From the IMG/VR virus record IMGVR_UViG_3300002307_000042, positions 15,431 to 79,430 of that record: a stretch of DNA of 64,000 bases; one strand, 5' to 3'. A program made the position numbers and the translations under genes. A model generated the notes under the pieces. It worked only from the letters and a program-made list of their open reading frames with translations. It was not told the DNA's origin and did no database searches. The first letter of the stretch is position 1. Each line of letters opens with the position of its first letter. This document shows, in pieces, positions 38,310-48,827 of this stretch. Source of the DNA: a virus. Taxonomy: Duplodnaviria > Caudoviricetes.

Positions 38310-41300
38310 TTATATTCCCTTCTGCTTTACTAGTGCTAAAAATTGCTCTGGTGTTTGTGCCGCGTTTACATTATTTATCGCTGTGTTTACTGCACTACTT
38401 GTTGCATCAGTTTTAGCATCTAGTGCTCCGCTCATTTGTTTTAACGCATTAGTATACGCAGGGTCATTTCTGGCTTTGTCAAATATATCATATGCTGCCT
38501 GAGTCCTGGGATCGTTCGGACCATACTGTTTAACAGCATCATCATATGCTTTCATTAACGGATTAATTTTATCAAACTGGGCCTGTAAATCGGATCTAGC
38601 TTTATCTAACGCAGCAGTTGCTTTTGCTAGATTTTCTTCTGCGGTTTTCTGTGCATTTATATCAATTTCACCTACTAAGTTTGGTGCAGGAATCTTAGGA
38701 TCGCCTAATACACTCTTGATTGCGCTAGTAACTGATGTACGATCATTCGTATTGAATCCAACACTAGGGAGTGAGATTGATCCGGGCACACCGTTTGTCA
38801 ATGAGCTTATAGCAGATTGCAATTGCGCTATAGCACCAACTGGCAATCCTGCGCTGGCTAATGAAGTCAATCCATTAAGTTCATTGGATACGATTCCTAA
38901 AATTCCCGCAAATGCACCTTTATTCGATCCGCCAGTTAAACTGCTTGCGCCTCCTATTTTACTTAGAGAGTTTGCTGTGTTGGCTATACTACTTAAGGCT
39001 TTTGTTGCGCTAGCCACAGTTCCTGCGCCATTCATAAGCGCAGTTGTAGCACTGCCTATATTGTCCTTTAAGGCTGACACACCCGGAATATCGTTAATGG
39101 CATTAGGTGCATTATTAATTACGTTTGCAACCGTATTTAAGCCTCCGGCTAGATTGTTTAATCCACTAGCTAATGCAGAAGAAGTTGCTGCTTGCGCACC
39201 TTGTTGTACTACTGTTGCAGCGTTGCTCAATGCTGGCAATCCCCCTCCTGACTGTAATGTTGATGCTGCCCCTGCTACAGCGTTAACGTTATTAATAGCA
39301 TGTTGTACTCCACCTATCGTTGTATTAAGCGGGGTGGAAGTAACACTGTTTTGTATAGTGTTAACCACTGATGTAACATTGTTTATAGTAGTAGTCACTG
39401 CTTTAGCACCATTAGCCAAATTAGATAGTGCGTTAGTTTTGGTAGTTACGGCACCAGTAATACTAGATACAGTATTGTTTATAGATGATACTGCACCAAT
39501 CGCGCCATTGACTGCACCAACTGAACTTACAGTTGAGTTTACTACACTCGCGGTAGTGTTCAATATATCAGTCAACGCAGTGCTAGCACCTTTTGTTAAT
39601 TTTCCTAATTGATTTAATGTTGAAGATCCAGCCTGACTTCCAGTTGTAGTTGCTACTGCCGCTGACGCTGCCGCATTATCTTTTGCAATCTTAGTAAGAT
39701 TTTGAGGTACACCGGCTTTAAGTGGCTTAAATGAATTCTTTACTGCGTTAAATGCACTCGTTGCTACACCCTCAACTTGATTGACTAGCCCTGACAAACT
39801 AGGAACGCTGTTCATAGCAGAAAGTGCATTTTGAATTCCACCTAATCCACCAACGGCTTCTGTAAGTTGTGCAGCCGCGCCGCCGGCGCCGATAGTGCTT
39901 AATGCATTCTGTATTGAACCTAAAGCTTTGCCGGTGTTTAGTGCGCCAGCAGCGCCCAGTACTTGATTAGCTGTGCCTATCGCAGACGCGGCACCTCCTA
40001 ATACTCCTGCTGCTGAACCAGTTAATGAATTTGCAAGACCAGTTGCCGATCCCAGTGTGTTAAGCCCGGTCTCTAACTGTCCAGCTATTTTTTGTATCGC
40101 ATTATTAGCATTACCCAAGGTGCTTCCTGCAACGCTATTCAATGCACCTGCCGCCGCATTAGATACTGTTCCGCCGGCTGCTATACTAGATAAAGTACTT
40201 GATGCTTTATTACCTATTCCCGCTGCGTTAGCTACCTGTTGTATTGCGCCGACTGTTGGTCCTAATCCAACAGTTGCGACTGATGTTATAAGTCCTGCGA
40301 TTTGAGTGGGAGCTTCTTTACCTGTAATTGCACCTATAGCACCTAATGCAGTTTGTGCTTTTTGCATAGTATTCACTAGTGCAGTTGCCTGAGCAGTTGT
40401 GTTTTGTACTAGTGATGTTAGATTAGTGACACCATTTACTGAACCACTGAAAACACTGTTTGGCATAGCCTGTGATAATGGTTTACCACCTTGCGCAAGA
40501 GCGTTTACTAATGTACCTGCGCCCGGTTTTAATACTCCACCAACCTCAAGTTGCGCCGCGGTCATAGCTAGCGTTCCTATTGCTGCAACAAACCCTTGTG
40601 CAGTTTTTATGATTCCTGCTCCAGACTTAGTAACCGATGCTAACGGACCATTAGCAGCTTGTGTAGCAGTTGATGCGACTGTTGCAGCCGTTACATTTTT
40701 AGTCACTGATGTAGATACACTGGGCGCATTGGTCGGTGCGCTAGCAACTGTTGCAGTAGAAGGAGCCGTTGGATTAGTTGCTTGTGCTGCTTGATTCGTT
40801 GCTTGAGTTGCACCGGCAGCCGGGGCCGGCAAGTTGTCGCTAGCATTAGTTGAAGTTTTTATATCTACGCCCTGACCAGCGTTAGCCCATGGCGCATGTG
40901 CCGGTGCTCTACTTGTTATAGTGAGTAATTTACCGGGAGCGGCCATATAACCTTTTTCTTCATCAAACAGTGTATCCGTTTGTGCTACTAGTGGAATAGG
41001 GTTTACACTTGCGGGGCTAGTGCCAGGACTGCCACTGTTTAGATTTACTTTACTACCGTTAACATATGCTTGCCCACCGCCAACTAGACTTGCATCGCCT
41101 CCTGCCCCCCATGCGATTGCGCCGCCAGCTAATCCAGTAATCTTACCTGTTGCTGCAAGTGCCAAATCACTAGCGGCTCGCATTTGAGTTTTCTCTTCGC
41201 TATTAGTCTGTATATTCTTTGCTTGAATATTCAAGTTCTCGTTAGCATGAATATTAATGTTTCTGTCACTATGTAAGTTGATATCTCCGTGTGTTCTAAC

Positions 41301-42284
41301 ATTGAAGCTGTTAGTAGAATAGATATCCACTGTACCTTCTTTACCTAATTCTACATAACTCTGCCCATTGCTGTGTAGTATCATCAATGTTTGGCCATCG
41401 TCACTCATTAATATCTGGTGACCTAACGCGGTTCTAATTCTAATTAATTGATCTTTACCGATGATGTCTCCATCGTCCATAACGATACTATGCCCGCCGC
41501 GACGAGCAGTAACTTTTAGTTTAGTAGGATCGGCATTGTCTCCGATATTGGATGGCAATGTACTATCATCATAACCACCTTCATAAATAGGTCTACCGGG
41601 ACTAGATACACCCCATCCTACTCGGCTTGCGGGCTCTCTGGAAGCACTTGAGCTAATTGGGCCACGCACAGGATCTCTCAAAATGCCCTGCTGCATCATA
41701 ATGCTTGCAGCATAGCTATGCACTGGTCTGGTGCTATTATTAAAATCAGGACTATCAACCTGTCCTTTATTATTAGTATTCATGTTAGTTACGGGTAGTT
41801 TAGTTGCCCCACCGTAACTCTTGGCTTCGCCTTCATTGGCTATAATATTATCGCTTGCACCAATTGCCGGAACCATGTGTAATACTTCAGGTTCTGGGAT
41901 AGCTCCTATATAGAAACCATAATTCAAATCACCATTAACAAATATACATACAACTTTAGTTCCTATATCAGGTGGAGCTTGCCATTGTCCATAGCTACTG
42001 GGATTACTGGTATACGCACCATTGTCGTCTTTTGCTGAGCCTCCGGTTGCTCCCACTTTACCAAAAAATGAACTTAAAAAACTAACAGAAACCCAGTTGT
42101 CCCCGCTATCGCTGTCTTGCGGGTTATTACTATCATTTAATAGAACTCTAATTCTGCCTGATCTATTTGGATCAATGTTATCTTTTACAGTACCTATGAC
42201 CGGAAAATTATATTTTGCCGAAGAAGTGGCTACTGGATTAGCGGATTTAAGTTGTCCTGTTGTTTTAATTATATTATGCGGCAT
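38310..42284 (-). CDS. gp5: Baseplate central spike, gp5/VgrG-like, with a long low-complexity C-terminal extension
   Basis: OB-fold start IGTVKDNIDPNRSGRIRV..PPDIGTKVVCIFVNGD; RTALGHQILMSDD..beta-helix segment ending GSKVNLNSG; no lysozyme domain recognised. Confidence 0.8.
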   Translation of the reverse strand: MPHNIIKTTGQLKSANPVATSSAKYNFPVIGTVKDNIDPNRSGRIRVLLNDSNNPQDSDSGDNWVSVSFLSSFFGKVGATGGSAKDDNGAYTSNPSSYGQWQAPPDIGTKVVCIFVNGDLNYGFYIGAIPEPEVLHMVPAIGASDNIIANEGEAKSYGGATKLPVTNMNTNNKGQVDSPDFNNSTRPVHSYAASIMMQQGILRDPVRGPISSSASREPASRVGWGVSSPGRPIYEGGYDDSTLPSNIGDNADPTKLKVTARRGGHSIVMDDGDIIGKDQLIRIRTALGHQILMSDDGQTLMILHSNGQSYVELGKEGTVDIYSTNSFNVRTHGDINLHSDRNINIHANENLNIQAKNIQTNSEEKTQMRAASDLALAATGKITGLAGGAIAWGAGGDASLVGGGQAYVNGSKVNLNSGSPGTSPASVNPIPLVAQTDTLFDEEKGYMAAPGKLLTITSRAPAHAPWANAGQGVDIKTSTNASDNLPAPAAGATQATNQAAQATNPTAPSTATVASAPTNAPSVSTSVTKNVTAATVASTATQAANGPLASVTKSGAGIIKTAQGFVAAIGTLAMTAAQLEVGGVLKPGAGTLVNALAQGGKPLSQAMPNSVFSGSVNGVTNLTSLVQNTTAQATALVNTMQKAQTALGAIGAITGKEAPTQIAGLITSVATVGLGPTVGAIQQVANAAGIGNKASSTLSSIAAGGTVSNAAAGALNSVAGSTLGNANNAIQKIAGQLETGLNTLGSATGLANSLTGSAAGVLGGAASAIGTANQVLGAAGALNTGKALGSIQNALSTIGAGGAAAQLTEAVGGLGGIQNALSAMNSVPSLSGLVNQVEGVATSAFNAVKNSFKPLKAGVPQNLTKIAKDNAAASAAVATTTGSQAGSSTLNQLGKLTKGASTALTDILNTTASVVNSTVSSVGAVNGAIGAVSSINNTVSSITGAVTTKTNALSNLANGAKAVTTTINNVTSVVNTIQNSVTSTPLNTTIGGVQHAINNVNAVAGAASTLQSGGGLPALSNAATVVQQGAQAATSSALASGLNNLAGGLNTVANVINNAPNAINDIPGVSALKDNIGSATTALMNGAGTVASATKALSSIANTANSLSKIGGASSLTGGSNKGAFAGILGIVSNELNGLTSLASAGLPVGAIAQLQSAISSLTNGVPGSISLPSVGFNTNDRTSVTSAIKSVLGDPKIPAPNLVGEIDINAQKTAEENLAKATAALDKARSDLQAQFDKINPLMKAYDDAVKQYGPNDPRTQAAYDIFDKARNDPAYTNALKQMSGALDAKTDATSSAVNTAINNVNAAQTPEQFLALVKQKGI

Positions 42285-42294
42285 TTATTGCACC

Positions 42295-45129
42295 TTACGT
42301 ATCTTTAGTTGGTTGAGGTTTTGTAGTAGGCTGCGCACCACTTCCAGATGTAGGAGTATTAGGGGTTGTATTGCCGCCCGGCGTAGTAGCGGTATTACCT
42401 GAGTTTGATGTCTGCGTTGTAGCACCGTTTGGCTGGGCGCCGACAGTCATAGCAGCTTGAGTAAGTTGTTGTGATTCTTTATTAGCATCATCTACTGTAG
42501 TTTTTCCAAATTCAGCCACCGCTGTACTTAATTTTTGTGTAAACTTACCATCTCTAAACATATGTTCAATTAAAATAACATGGTACGCAACCCCTTGAAT
42601 TTGTTTTTGTAATGTAGTAGTAGGATACTGCCAAAACAGAACACTGTCATTTATACTCATTATACCTTGACCGCTAGTATTAGGATACAGATTACTATTC
42701 AATGCATAATCAACCGCTTCTTTAAAATCTATTTCAATAAACACTTGTCCCCCGCTTGGATTAATAGTGAACTCGGAAGCATCAGGATTTTCATGACTAT
42801 AAAATTGATCGTATACAGTGTTTTCACTTGAACACGGTTCAGTACAAAGAAAGTCCGGGTCACCTAAAATAGTTATTTCACCCCTAGCGTATGAACCCGG
42901 ATCATATAGTGCTGTTAATACACTATTTTGCGCCTCACCCCCTAAACCAAGCCATCCGGATTTATCCATTGAACTTTTTAATGACGGGGGTATGGGAACT
43001 TCAGCCGGGCCAGGTGAAGCGGTTGTTTTTGGTGTTCCTTGAGCATCTTGTACATCAGAATATTTTTTACCTAAATTAGGGGTCAATCCGGTTTGCTGAT
43101 ATGCAGTGTCTAGCTCTATTTCGTATGACAAAACCTCACTGTTTTCTCCTGTATACCAATACTTGTATCTTTTGTGTGGTCCAGGATAATAATTTCCTCC
43201 GTCATTGACGAATACACTGTTTACAATGGGAGTATTATAAGGTTGAATAATATAGTCAATCTTATAAGCCCAGGATGATATAATAGGATCCCAGTCTTTA
43301 ATAGTTAACTGACAAGACACATTAAACCATGAGAATGCTTTTGGATTAGTATTGTTTTTACTATTAAAGTTTTTAAGCTGCGGGTCATTCTCAACAGTAC
43401 TATCATATACCAAATTCAATGCGGTTTCCATATATTGACTATGCTTGATTATATCATTGATAGCAGAAACAATAGGATACTGCGGTGCGATTTCTAATTT
43501 TTTCTCATCTGTTTTAGGTTTTGGACTAGAATTTTCAGTCTTGGGATTTACTTCAGCAGTAGTTTTTGCAGTACTTTGTGGATACTGTGATTTATTCAAA
43601 TCGGCTTGACTAACAGTTTTAGCTGTTTCAATTGCAGCAGTATTTCCTAAATAGATCAATCTATATTCGTTGGTAACTCCTATTAATTTTTTATCTAGTT
43701 TGTCTTTGTAAAACTTGTTAATTGAAGTAAACAGTCCATCTAATTGCTCTGCCACAGTAGCGCCAGTTACTGTGTATTTTTCTGGAGTGACACCATACTG
43801 TGTGCCGAACCCAGTGCTAGCCGATGCATTGACTGCGGTAATATTATATTGAACAGCTTTACCATCAATCTTAAATTTCATATCAGTGATACTAACCACA
43901 TAATATTGCTCAAACAACACCCCATTTGTACCTCCACTAGGATCTAATACCGATATTACAGGACCTGAGGTGCTTTGAATGTTTTTAATTTGAGTGTTCT
44001 GCGTAGCAATATTACCATTGTTATCATACCCTAAAAATTTTATTCCTAATATATAAATTGATCGTAATGGATTTGCAGGGACCTTACCATTTGCGGTTGT
44101 CACATAATTAGAAATTTGATCCTGAACTCTACGTAGATTACTTAAAAAAGAAAATCCATATGGTTCGGTTATCGTAAAAGTAAAATCAGTCACATTAGCA
44201 GTTGGTGCGCCGTTCGCTTTGGTACTAATAGATTGCTTCATCGTTAAATTATCTATACCATAATCAAACTGAAAGCCAGTGGCTCTGAGTTGAGATTTGT
44301 TATTATTACCGCCACTTTGAGCAATCAACATAGCGCCGCCACCTTTTGGGTTATCCGGGTTGAACATTCTAAGATTTTTTGCACCAGACTGAATAAAATC
44401 ATTTGTTGCATCCGGAGTACATGCATACATACTAAGCTGATAATCATAGCTAGATAATGATGCCAATGGATTGTTCAATCTTTTTCCAGGACCAGTGTTT
44501 GTTTTTATCTTTGCTGTGCTATGATAGCTATAATTATACCCTTTAATTTTTGCTCCCGCTGCGACGGTTTCCGACGAGTCGGCAGGTTCAGTTCCAGCAG
44601 GAGCCGGGGCTCCTGCGTTTGATGCAGTATCATTAGTTGGGGATGGAGTGTTTTGATTAGTTGGATTACTAGCATTGTTGGCTTGTCCGGCATTTGTGTT
44701 ATTGGGTATAGGGGCTGAACCAGCAGTATTAGGTTGCTTAATACCACTATCATCGTTTGCAGCACCTGCTAATTTAGAAGAATTACTAGCAGGAGTGGTG
44801 GGAGCTGGTGTAGCGGGAGTTACCGGTGTAGGAGTAGGTTGAGCAACACCTTTAGCTTGCACGCTTAATTGGGTTAAATCAGCTTTACCGTTAGAATTTA
44901 AATAATTAGTTATAGCAGCAGCATCGGTGCTAGAAATGTCACCTCTATTTACTGCTCGTGTAATTTGGCTATTTACTGTAAATATAACACCTTGACCGTC
45001 AGTACCAGACTCGGCTCCTATTGTTTGACTAGTAGTATTAGAAAATACCCTAATGCTTACAAAACCAGAACCTGTTGCAGTATATAAAATAGTATAGCCA
45101 TTGACTGTTACTGAATTCGTTGCTTCCAT
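42295..45129 (-). CDS. Baseplate hub-like (gp27/tail-tip type) structural protein
   Basis: Position between the gp53-like and gp5-like genes; FTITEPYGFSFL, ITILGDP and YHVILIEHMFRDGKFTQKL motifs typical of hub proteins. Confidence 0.6.
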   Translation of the reverse strand: MEATNSVTVNGYTILYTATGSGFVSIRVFSNTTSQTIGAESGTDGQGVIFTVNSQITRAVNRGDISSTDAAAITNYLNSNGKADLTQLSVQAKGVAQPTPTPVTPATPAPTTPASNSSKLAGAANDDSGIKQPNTAGSAPIPNNTNAGQANNASNPTNQNTPSPTNDTASNAGAPAPAGTEPADSSETVAAGAKIKGYNYSYHSTAKIKTNTGPGKRLNNPLASLSSYDYQLSMYACTPDATNDFIQSGAKNLRMFNPDNPKGGGAMLIAQSGGNNNKSQLRATGFQFDYGIDNLTMKQSISTKANGAPTANVTDFTFTITEPYGFSFLSNLRRVQDQISNYVTTANGKVPANPLRSIYILGIKFLGYDNNGNIATQNTQIKNIQSTSGPVISVLDPSGGTNGVLFEQYYVVSITDMKFKIDGKAVQYNITAVNASASTGFGTQYGVTPEKYTVTGATVAEQLDGLFTSINKFYKDKLDKKLIGVTNEYRLIYLGNTAAIETAKTVSQADLNKSQYPQSTAKTTAEVNPKTENSSPKPKTDEKKLEIAPQYPIVSAINDIIKHSQYMETALNLVYDSTVENDPQLKNFNSKNNTNPKAFSWFNVSCQLTIKDWDPIISSWAYKIDYIIQPYNTPIVNSVFVNDGGNYYPGPHKRYKYWYTGENSEVLSYEIELDTAYQQTGLTPNLGKKYSDVQDAQGTPKTTASPGPAEVPIPPSLKSSMDKSGWLGLGGEAQNSVLTALYDPGSYARGEITILGDPDFLCTEPCSSENTVYDQFYSHENPDASEFTINPSGGQVFIEIDFKEAVDYALNSNLYPNTSGQGIMSINDSVLFWQYPTTTLQKQIQGVAYHVILIEHMFRDGKFTQKLSTAVAEFGKTTVDDANKESQQLTQAAMTVGAQPNGATTQTSNSGNTATTPGGNTTPNTPTSGSGAQPTTKPQPTKDT

Positions 45130-45130
45130 A

Positions 45131-45445
45131 TTAAATTCCTAAAACTAGCCTCAAAGTATCTAGTGTAGGTATGTATATAGATATTCCCGATACAAAATTA
45201 AAGTAAGGATCAGGCCCAAGCAAATTAGGATTTCGTTCAGCAAACACCCACCATAATCTACTGTCACCATACAAGTCATATGCTAATAGATCAGGTCTAT
45301 ACTGATATGTAGGTGTTATTGTAAAATAAACATCACCGGGTACTGCTGGGATAGATTTTGCATTCCAAACATCTAAATAATAGTTATTTACGATGTTTGT
45401 GTCACTGTATGGACTAGACTTTGGATATAATGCTTGGTTGCTCAT
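45131..45445 (-). CDS. gp53/LysM (tail X)-like baseplate protein
   Basis: FTITPTYQYRPDLLAYDLYGDSRLWWVF. Confidence 0.8.
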   Translation of the reverse strand: MSNQALYPKSSPYSDTNIVNNYYLDVWNAKSIPAVPGDVYFTITPTYQYRPDLLAYDLYGDSRLWWVFAERNPNLLGPDPYFNFVSGISIYIPTLDTLRLVLGI

Positions 45446-47013
45446 TACCAGAAACCTCCTTTACCGTTACTTGATCCTAACAACAGATTTCCAGTTGCAT
45501 AGTCAGTAAGGCTAAATTTATTGCTAATATTATCTCTGCTAATAATAGGCACACACGAGACAGACAACGTTATTTTTGAAGGGACCCATGTAGGTGGGAC
45601 ACTAGCAGATTGCTGTGTAGAAGTAAAAGGTTTCTTTATTGCCTTCCCGCCTTGTGTAGCAGCAGTTCCTTGTAATCTAGTTTGTGCAGCATTTGATGGA
45701 TCAATGGGGTCAATTTCTGGTTGCGTAGTTCCTGCAGGGCTAGCACCAGTAGTTTTTATATAATCAACATCATTTGGTAAACTATAATTAAATCCTGATA
45801 TAGCCAATGGTAAGTTGTCAAATTGATAACCACCTAAACCATATATATAGCACAATGGGGGAGGAGTTCCGTTCTTAGGATAACTATCTTGGCCATAGAA
45901 CATTTTTGTCATTGATCTAAAGAAATGAATAACTGCTAATATATAGTTTGCTTCATTTACATCCTGTGCAGTAAAATCACATGTGATTTGTATATTGTCA
46001 ACCCCGCTAGACTGGTACTGGAAAACTTTATAGTTGGTGTGAGTCAACTGCATAGATTCATAGTTTGCAGCATAATTAACTTGAATCTGAGGTGTATAGG
46101 GAAAAATTACACCGTCTGATTCTTTTAATGGTTGCAGTATACCAGGTGAAGTAGCTTTGTACAGGTAGTTTGCACTAGGGGCTAATACTAATCTTACTCT
46201 CCAGTCACCTGCTTTAGCTGCTGCATTAGATTGATCTTGTGATGTCGCTGAAGTAATTGCTTCCTGCTTAGCACCGGTCAATCCTTTTGCTGCGGTTACG
46301 ACAATTTGTTCTTTTGGTCCTGTATAAGGTGCATTGTCTTTTAAATATGCTGCTCTAGCAGCTTGGTCACCGGGATTCAATGATGCAACTTGTTCGGAAG
46401 TAAGATTAGGATCATAAATGTCCTGAATATCTTTACCTAATGGTAATGGACCAGTCTGTCCTTCAGGCGTTTTGGGGGCATTCTGTAAGTCACCGGTAGG
46501 AACTTGCACCGGTGGAACTCCGGCTAGTATCTCTTCGGTACTTGGAGTTTTAGGAGTTAATTGAGTGTCTCCGACCGGTACTGATACATTTGGTAAATTT
46601 GCATTGAGCGCACTATCATCAACCGGCGTTACATTACTAGGCACATCAGATAAGGCAGTAACTGCAGGATCACCCGTTGCTACTGGTGACGAATCCGGTA
46701 CTGTGGTTGCTTGTGCATTACTTTGGTTAATAAGTGATTGTGCTGTCTGAGCCAGTGCAGCAGCGAATGTAGATAGTTGACTATCTGGAACAATAACTTG
46801 ACCGCCATTATTAAACCCTATTGTAGTAGTGCCGGCTACCGGGGTAAGGTCGTATTGCCCGCCTAGAATATCATTTGGATCAATATTGTTTGCTGATAGT
46901 TGTCTTATTCCTTCCGGAACAGTAATACTAAAAGAAGGATTTGCAGGTAGGTTATTATAGGTCAAGGTGTACCCACCTGGTAAGCTTGCTGATATTGGTT
47001 GACCTTCAGGCAT
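45445..47013 (-). CDS. Tail tube initiator/baseplate-tube junction protein (gp48/gp54-like) with N-terminal extension; probable start MPEGQP
   Basis: C-terminal GVIFPYTPQI..IQITCDFTAQ..HFFRSMTKMFYG..PPPLC..LPNDVDYI. GAGGA SD before ATG 47013; the ORF track start at 47037 is a TTG. Confidence 0.65.
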   Translation of the reverse strand: MPEGQPISASLPGGYTLTYNNLPANPSFSITVPEGIRQLSANNIDPNDILGGQYDLTPVAGTTTIGFNNGGQVIVPDSQLSTFAAALAQTAQSLINQSNAQATTVPDSSPVATGDPAVTALSDVPSNVTPVDDSALNANLPNVSVPVGDTQLTPKTPSTEEILAGVPPVQVPTGDLQNAPKTPEGQTGPLPLGKDIQDIYDPNLTSEQVASLNPGDQAARAAYLKDNAPYTGPKEQIVVTAAKGLTGAKQEAITSATSQDQSNAAAKAGDWRVRLVLAPSANYLYKATSPGILQPLKESDGVIFPYTPQIQVNYAANYESMQLTHTNYKVFQYQSSGVDNIQITCDFTAQDVNEANYILAVIHFFRSMTKMFYGQDSYPKNGTPPPLCYIYGLGGYQFDNLPLAISGFNYSLPNDVDYIKTTGASPAGTTQPEIDPIDPSNAAQTRLQGTAATQGGKAIKKPFTSTQQSASVPPTWVPSKITLSVSCVPIISRDNISNKFSLTDYATGNLLLGSSNGKGGFW

Positions 47014-47081
47014 AGTTTTCCTCGTATAAATACTCAATACTATTTATCGCCTCAAAAAACTGCTATATTTACCCAAAGGTG

Positions 47082-47110
47082 TTGTAATTATACAACACCA
47101 ATACTACAAT
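47082..47110 (+). promoter_or_regulatory. Sigma70-like promoter TTGTAA-17-TACAAT for the gp55-like gene
   Basis: Exact 17-nt spacer; AAGGA SD before the TTG start. Confidence 0.55.
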
Positions 47111-47134
47111 TGTTACAACTATAAGGAAATACAA

Positions 47135-48025
47135 TTGCGCAAGAAAACCACCAACTATCTCAACAACAAAGACATTCTCAAAGAAATCCACACTAGTAAA
47201 ACAAGTTATTGTTACTTTGTGCAGCCAGAATACCACAGATATGATTTAATTATTGACATGCCCGATAGTGATATCAATACTAGTTTAGAGTATGCATTAG
47301 CACCAGAACAGATTCAACTAGCAAAAGAAATTAGAGCAACTAGACTATCAACAGAGACTGGCGAAAAAGTTCTACCAGAAAATATTGAAACTACTGATTT
47401 GATTTTTAGAGTAATGACCTGGGATCATGTTCCGCTAAGTCAAAAGCAACCTAGAAAAACTAACAAAAAGAAAACTGCAAAAGACATTTTTATATTTGAA
47501 GATGACGACAACGAGGACTTTAGTGACCTAGAAGATAAGTCAACTAAAGATGAAGTTGATGACTTAGTTCACGTTAAAGTCAACTTTCCCCCATTCCAAC
47601 ATTTTAAGCTTGATGAAACTAACACATTTAGATGTGTGGGTAAAAGTCATTGGGTAGGTGGAATAGAAAACGGATATTTCAGTAAAGACCATGGACAAAT
47701 TACTAACAAGTTAGCTCGCATGTACATGATGTTATGTGAAAAGTATGCGATGAAGTTTAACTGGCGAGGATATACTTATAATGATGAAATGAAGGCTAGT
47801 GCTATATTACAATTGACATATGTTGGTCTTAGATTCAATGAAGCAAAAAGTGCCAACCCATTCGCTTATTATACTGCTGCGATTACAAATAGCTTTTGCC
47901 GTGTATTGAACACTGAAAAGCGTAACCAAAATATTCGTGATGATATTCTAGAAATAAATGGTCTTAACCCAAGCTTCTCACGACAAATGCGAGATTTTAG
48001 TAGTAAGAAATCTATTATTGACTGA
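47135..48025 (+). CDS. gp55: Late-transcription sigma factor, T4 gp55-like
   Basis: NYLNNKDILKEI N terminus; WRGYTYNDEM..RFNEAKSANPFAYYTAAITNSFCRVLNTEK C terminus. Confidence 0.82.
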   Translation: MRKKTTNYLNNKDILKEIHTSKTSYCYFVQPEYHRYDLIIDMPDSDINTSLEYALAPEQIQLAKEIRATRLSTETGEKVLPENIETTDLIFRVMTWDHVPLSQKQPRKTNKKKTAKDIFIFEDDDNEDFSDLEDKSTKDEVDDLVHVKVNFPPFQHFKLDETNTFRCVGKSHWVGGIENGYFSKDHGQITNKLARMYMMLCEKYAMKFNWRGYTYNDEMKASAILQLTYVGLRFNEAKSANPFAYYTAAITNSFCRVLNTEKRNQNIRDDILEINGLNPSFSRQMRDFSSKKSIID

Positions 48026-48031
48026 GGTCCA

Positions 48032-48712
48032 TTAAGTCACATACTCTACGCGATATCCTTTAAACCTTCCTTTAACGAACTGGTTCTTTCCTTTTGATAG
48101 CATGATATAAATTGTGTTAATTGAAAGACCCAGTTCGTTACAAACTTCTTTTAAATTACCACAAGACTCAAATATCTGGCCGGAGTTCGTTGTTATCTTA
48201 ATTTTCCTAGCACGAGGATTATTACAGCCCGAAACATCATGATGGTTTTTTGATAAGAGATTGCGAGTTTGTTCAGAATGTACCTTTCCATACCTATGGT
48301 GTTTTGGTCCTGTCTTTCCGTACATATGATTATCAGGACCAGTCTGCTTGTAGGCTTTTCCTAACTTCGCAGTTTTTATAGTATTTGAAATTTTTAATTT
48401 TGCGCTGTTTGCTTTAACAGGATCTTTCCAATAAGACCCGTCTCCACCACCAGATTCCGGAATCTTGTTGGCCCATTCGTTGCTTTCAACTACATTCAAT
48501 AATTTACTGTAATGGCGGCCCCAAAAGTTCAGTTCAGCTTTTGATCGGCATTCCTTAAGTATAACAGTTTTTATATCAGTTCCGTGTTTTTTAAGGTGTG
48601 CTTTCCATTCAGTACCAGAACCTGAATAGGCAAACGGATCTTTCGATGTGGTTTTTCCTAGGTAATTCAGCCCGGTTTTGTTGTGGGTCTTCTTGTACAA
48701 ATAAATAATCAT
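48032..48712 (-). mobile_element. Free-standing GIY-YIG homing endonuclease with NUMOD-type repeats (probable start MIIYLYKK)
   Basis: IYLYKKTHNKTGLNYLGKT..YSGSG..N; HMYGKTG/RYGKVHSEQTRNLLS repeats; oriented opposite to its neighbours; GGAG SD 8 nt before ATG 48712. Confidence 0.85.
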
Positions 48713-48827
48713 AGCTGATGCTCCATATAGCGTTAGAGTAGTTGGGGAATCCACTCCCGCGAACTACATCACATTATTTATACCAAAACTATTGTGTTTT
48801 GCAACAAATCGTAATATACTCATGTCT

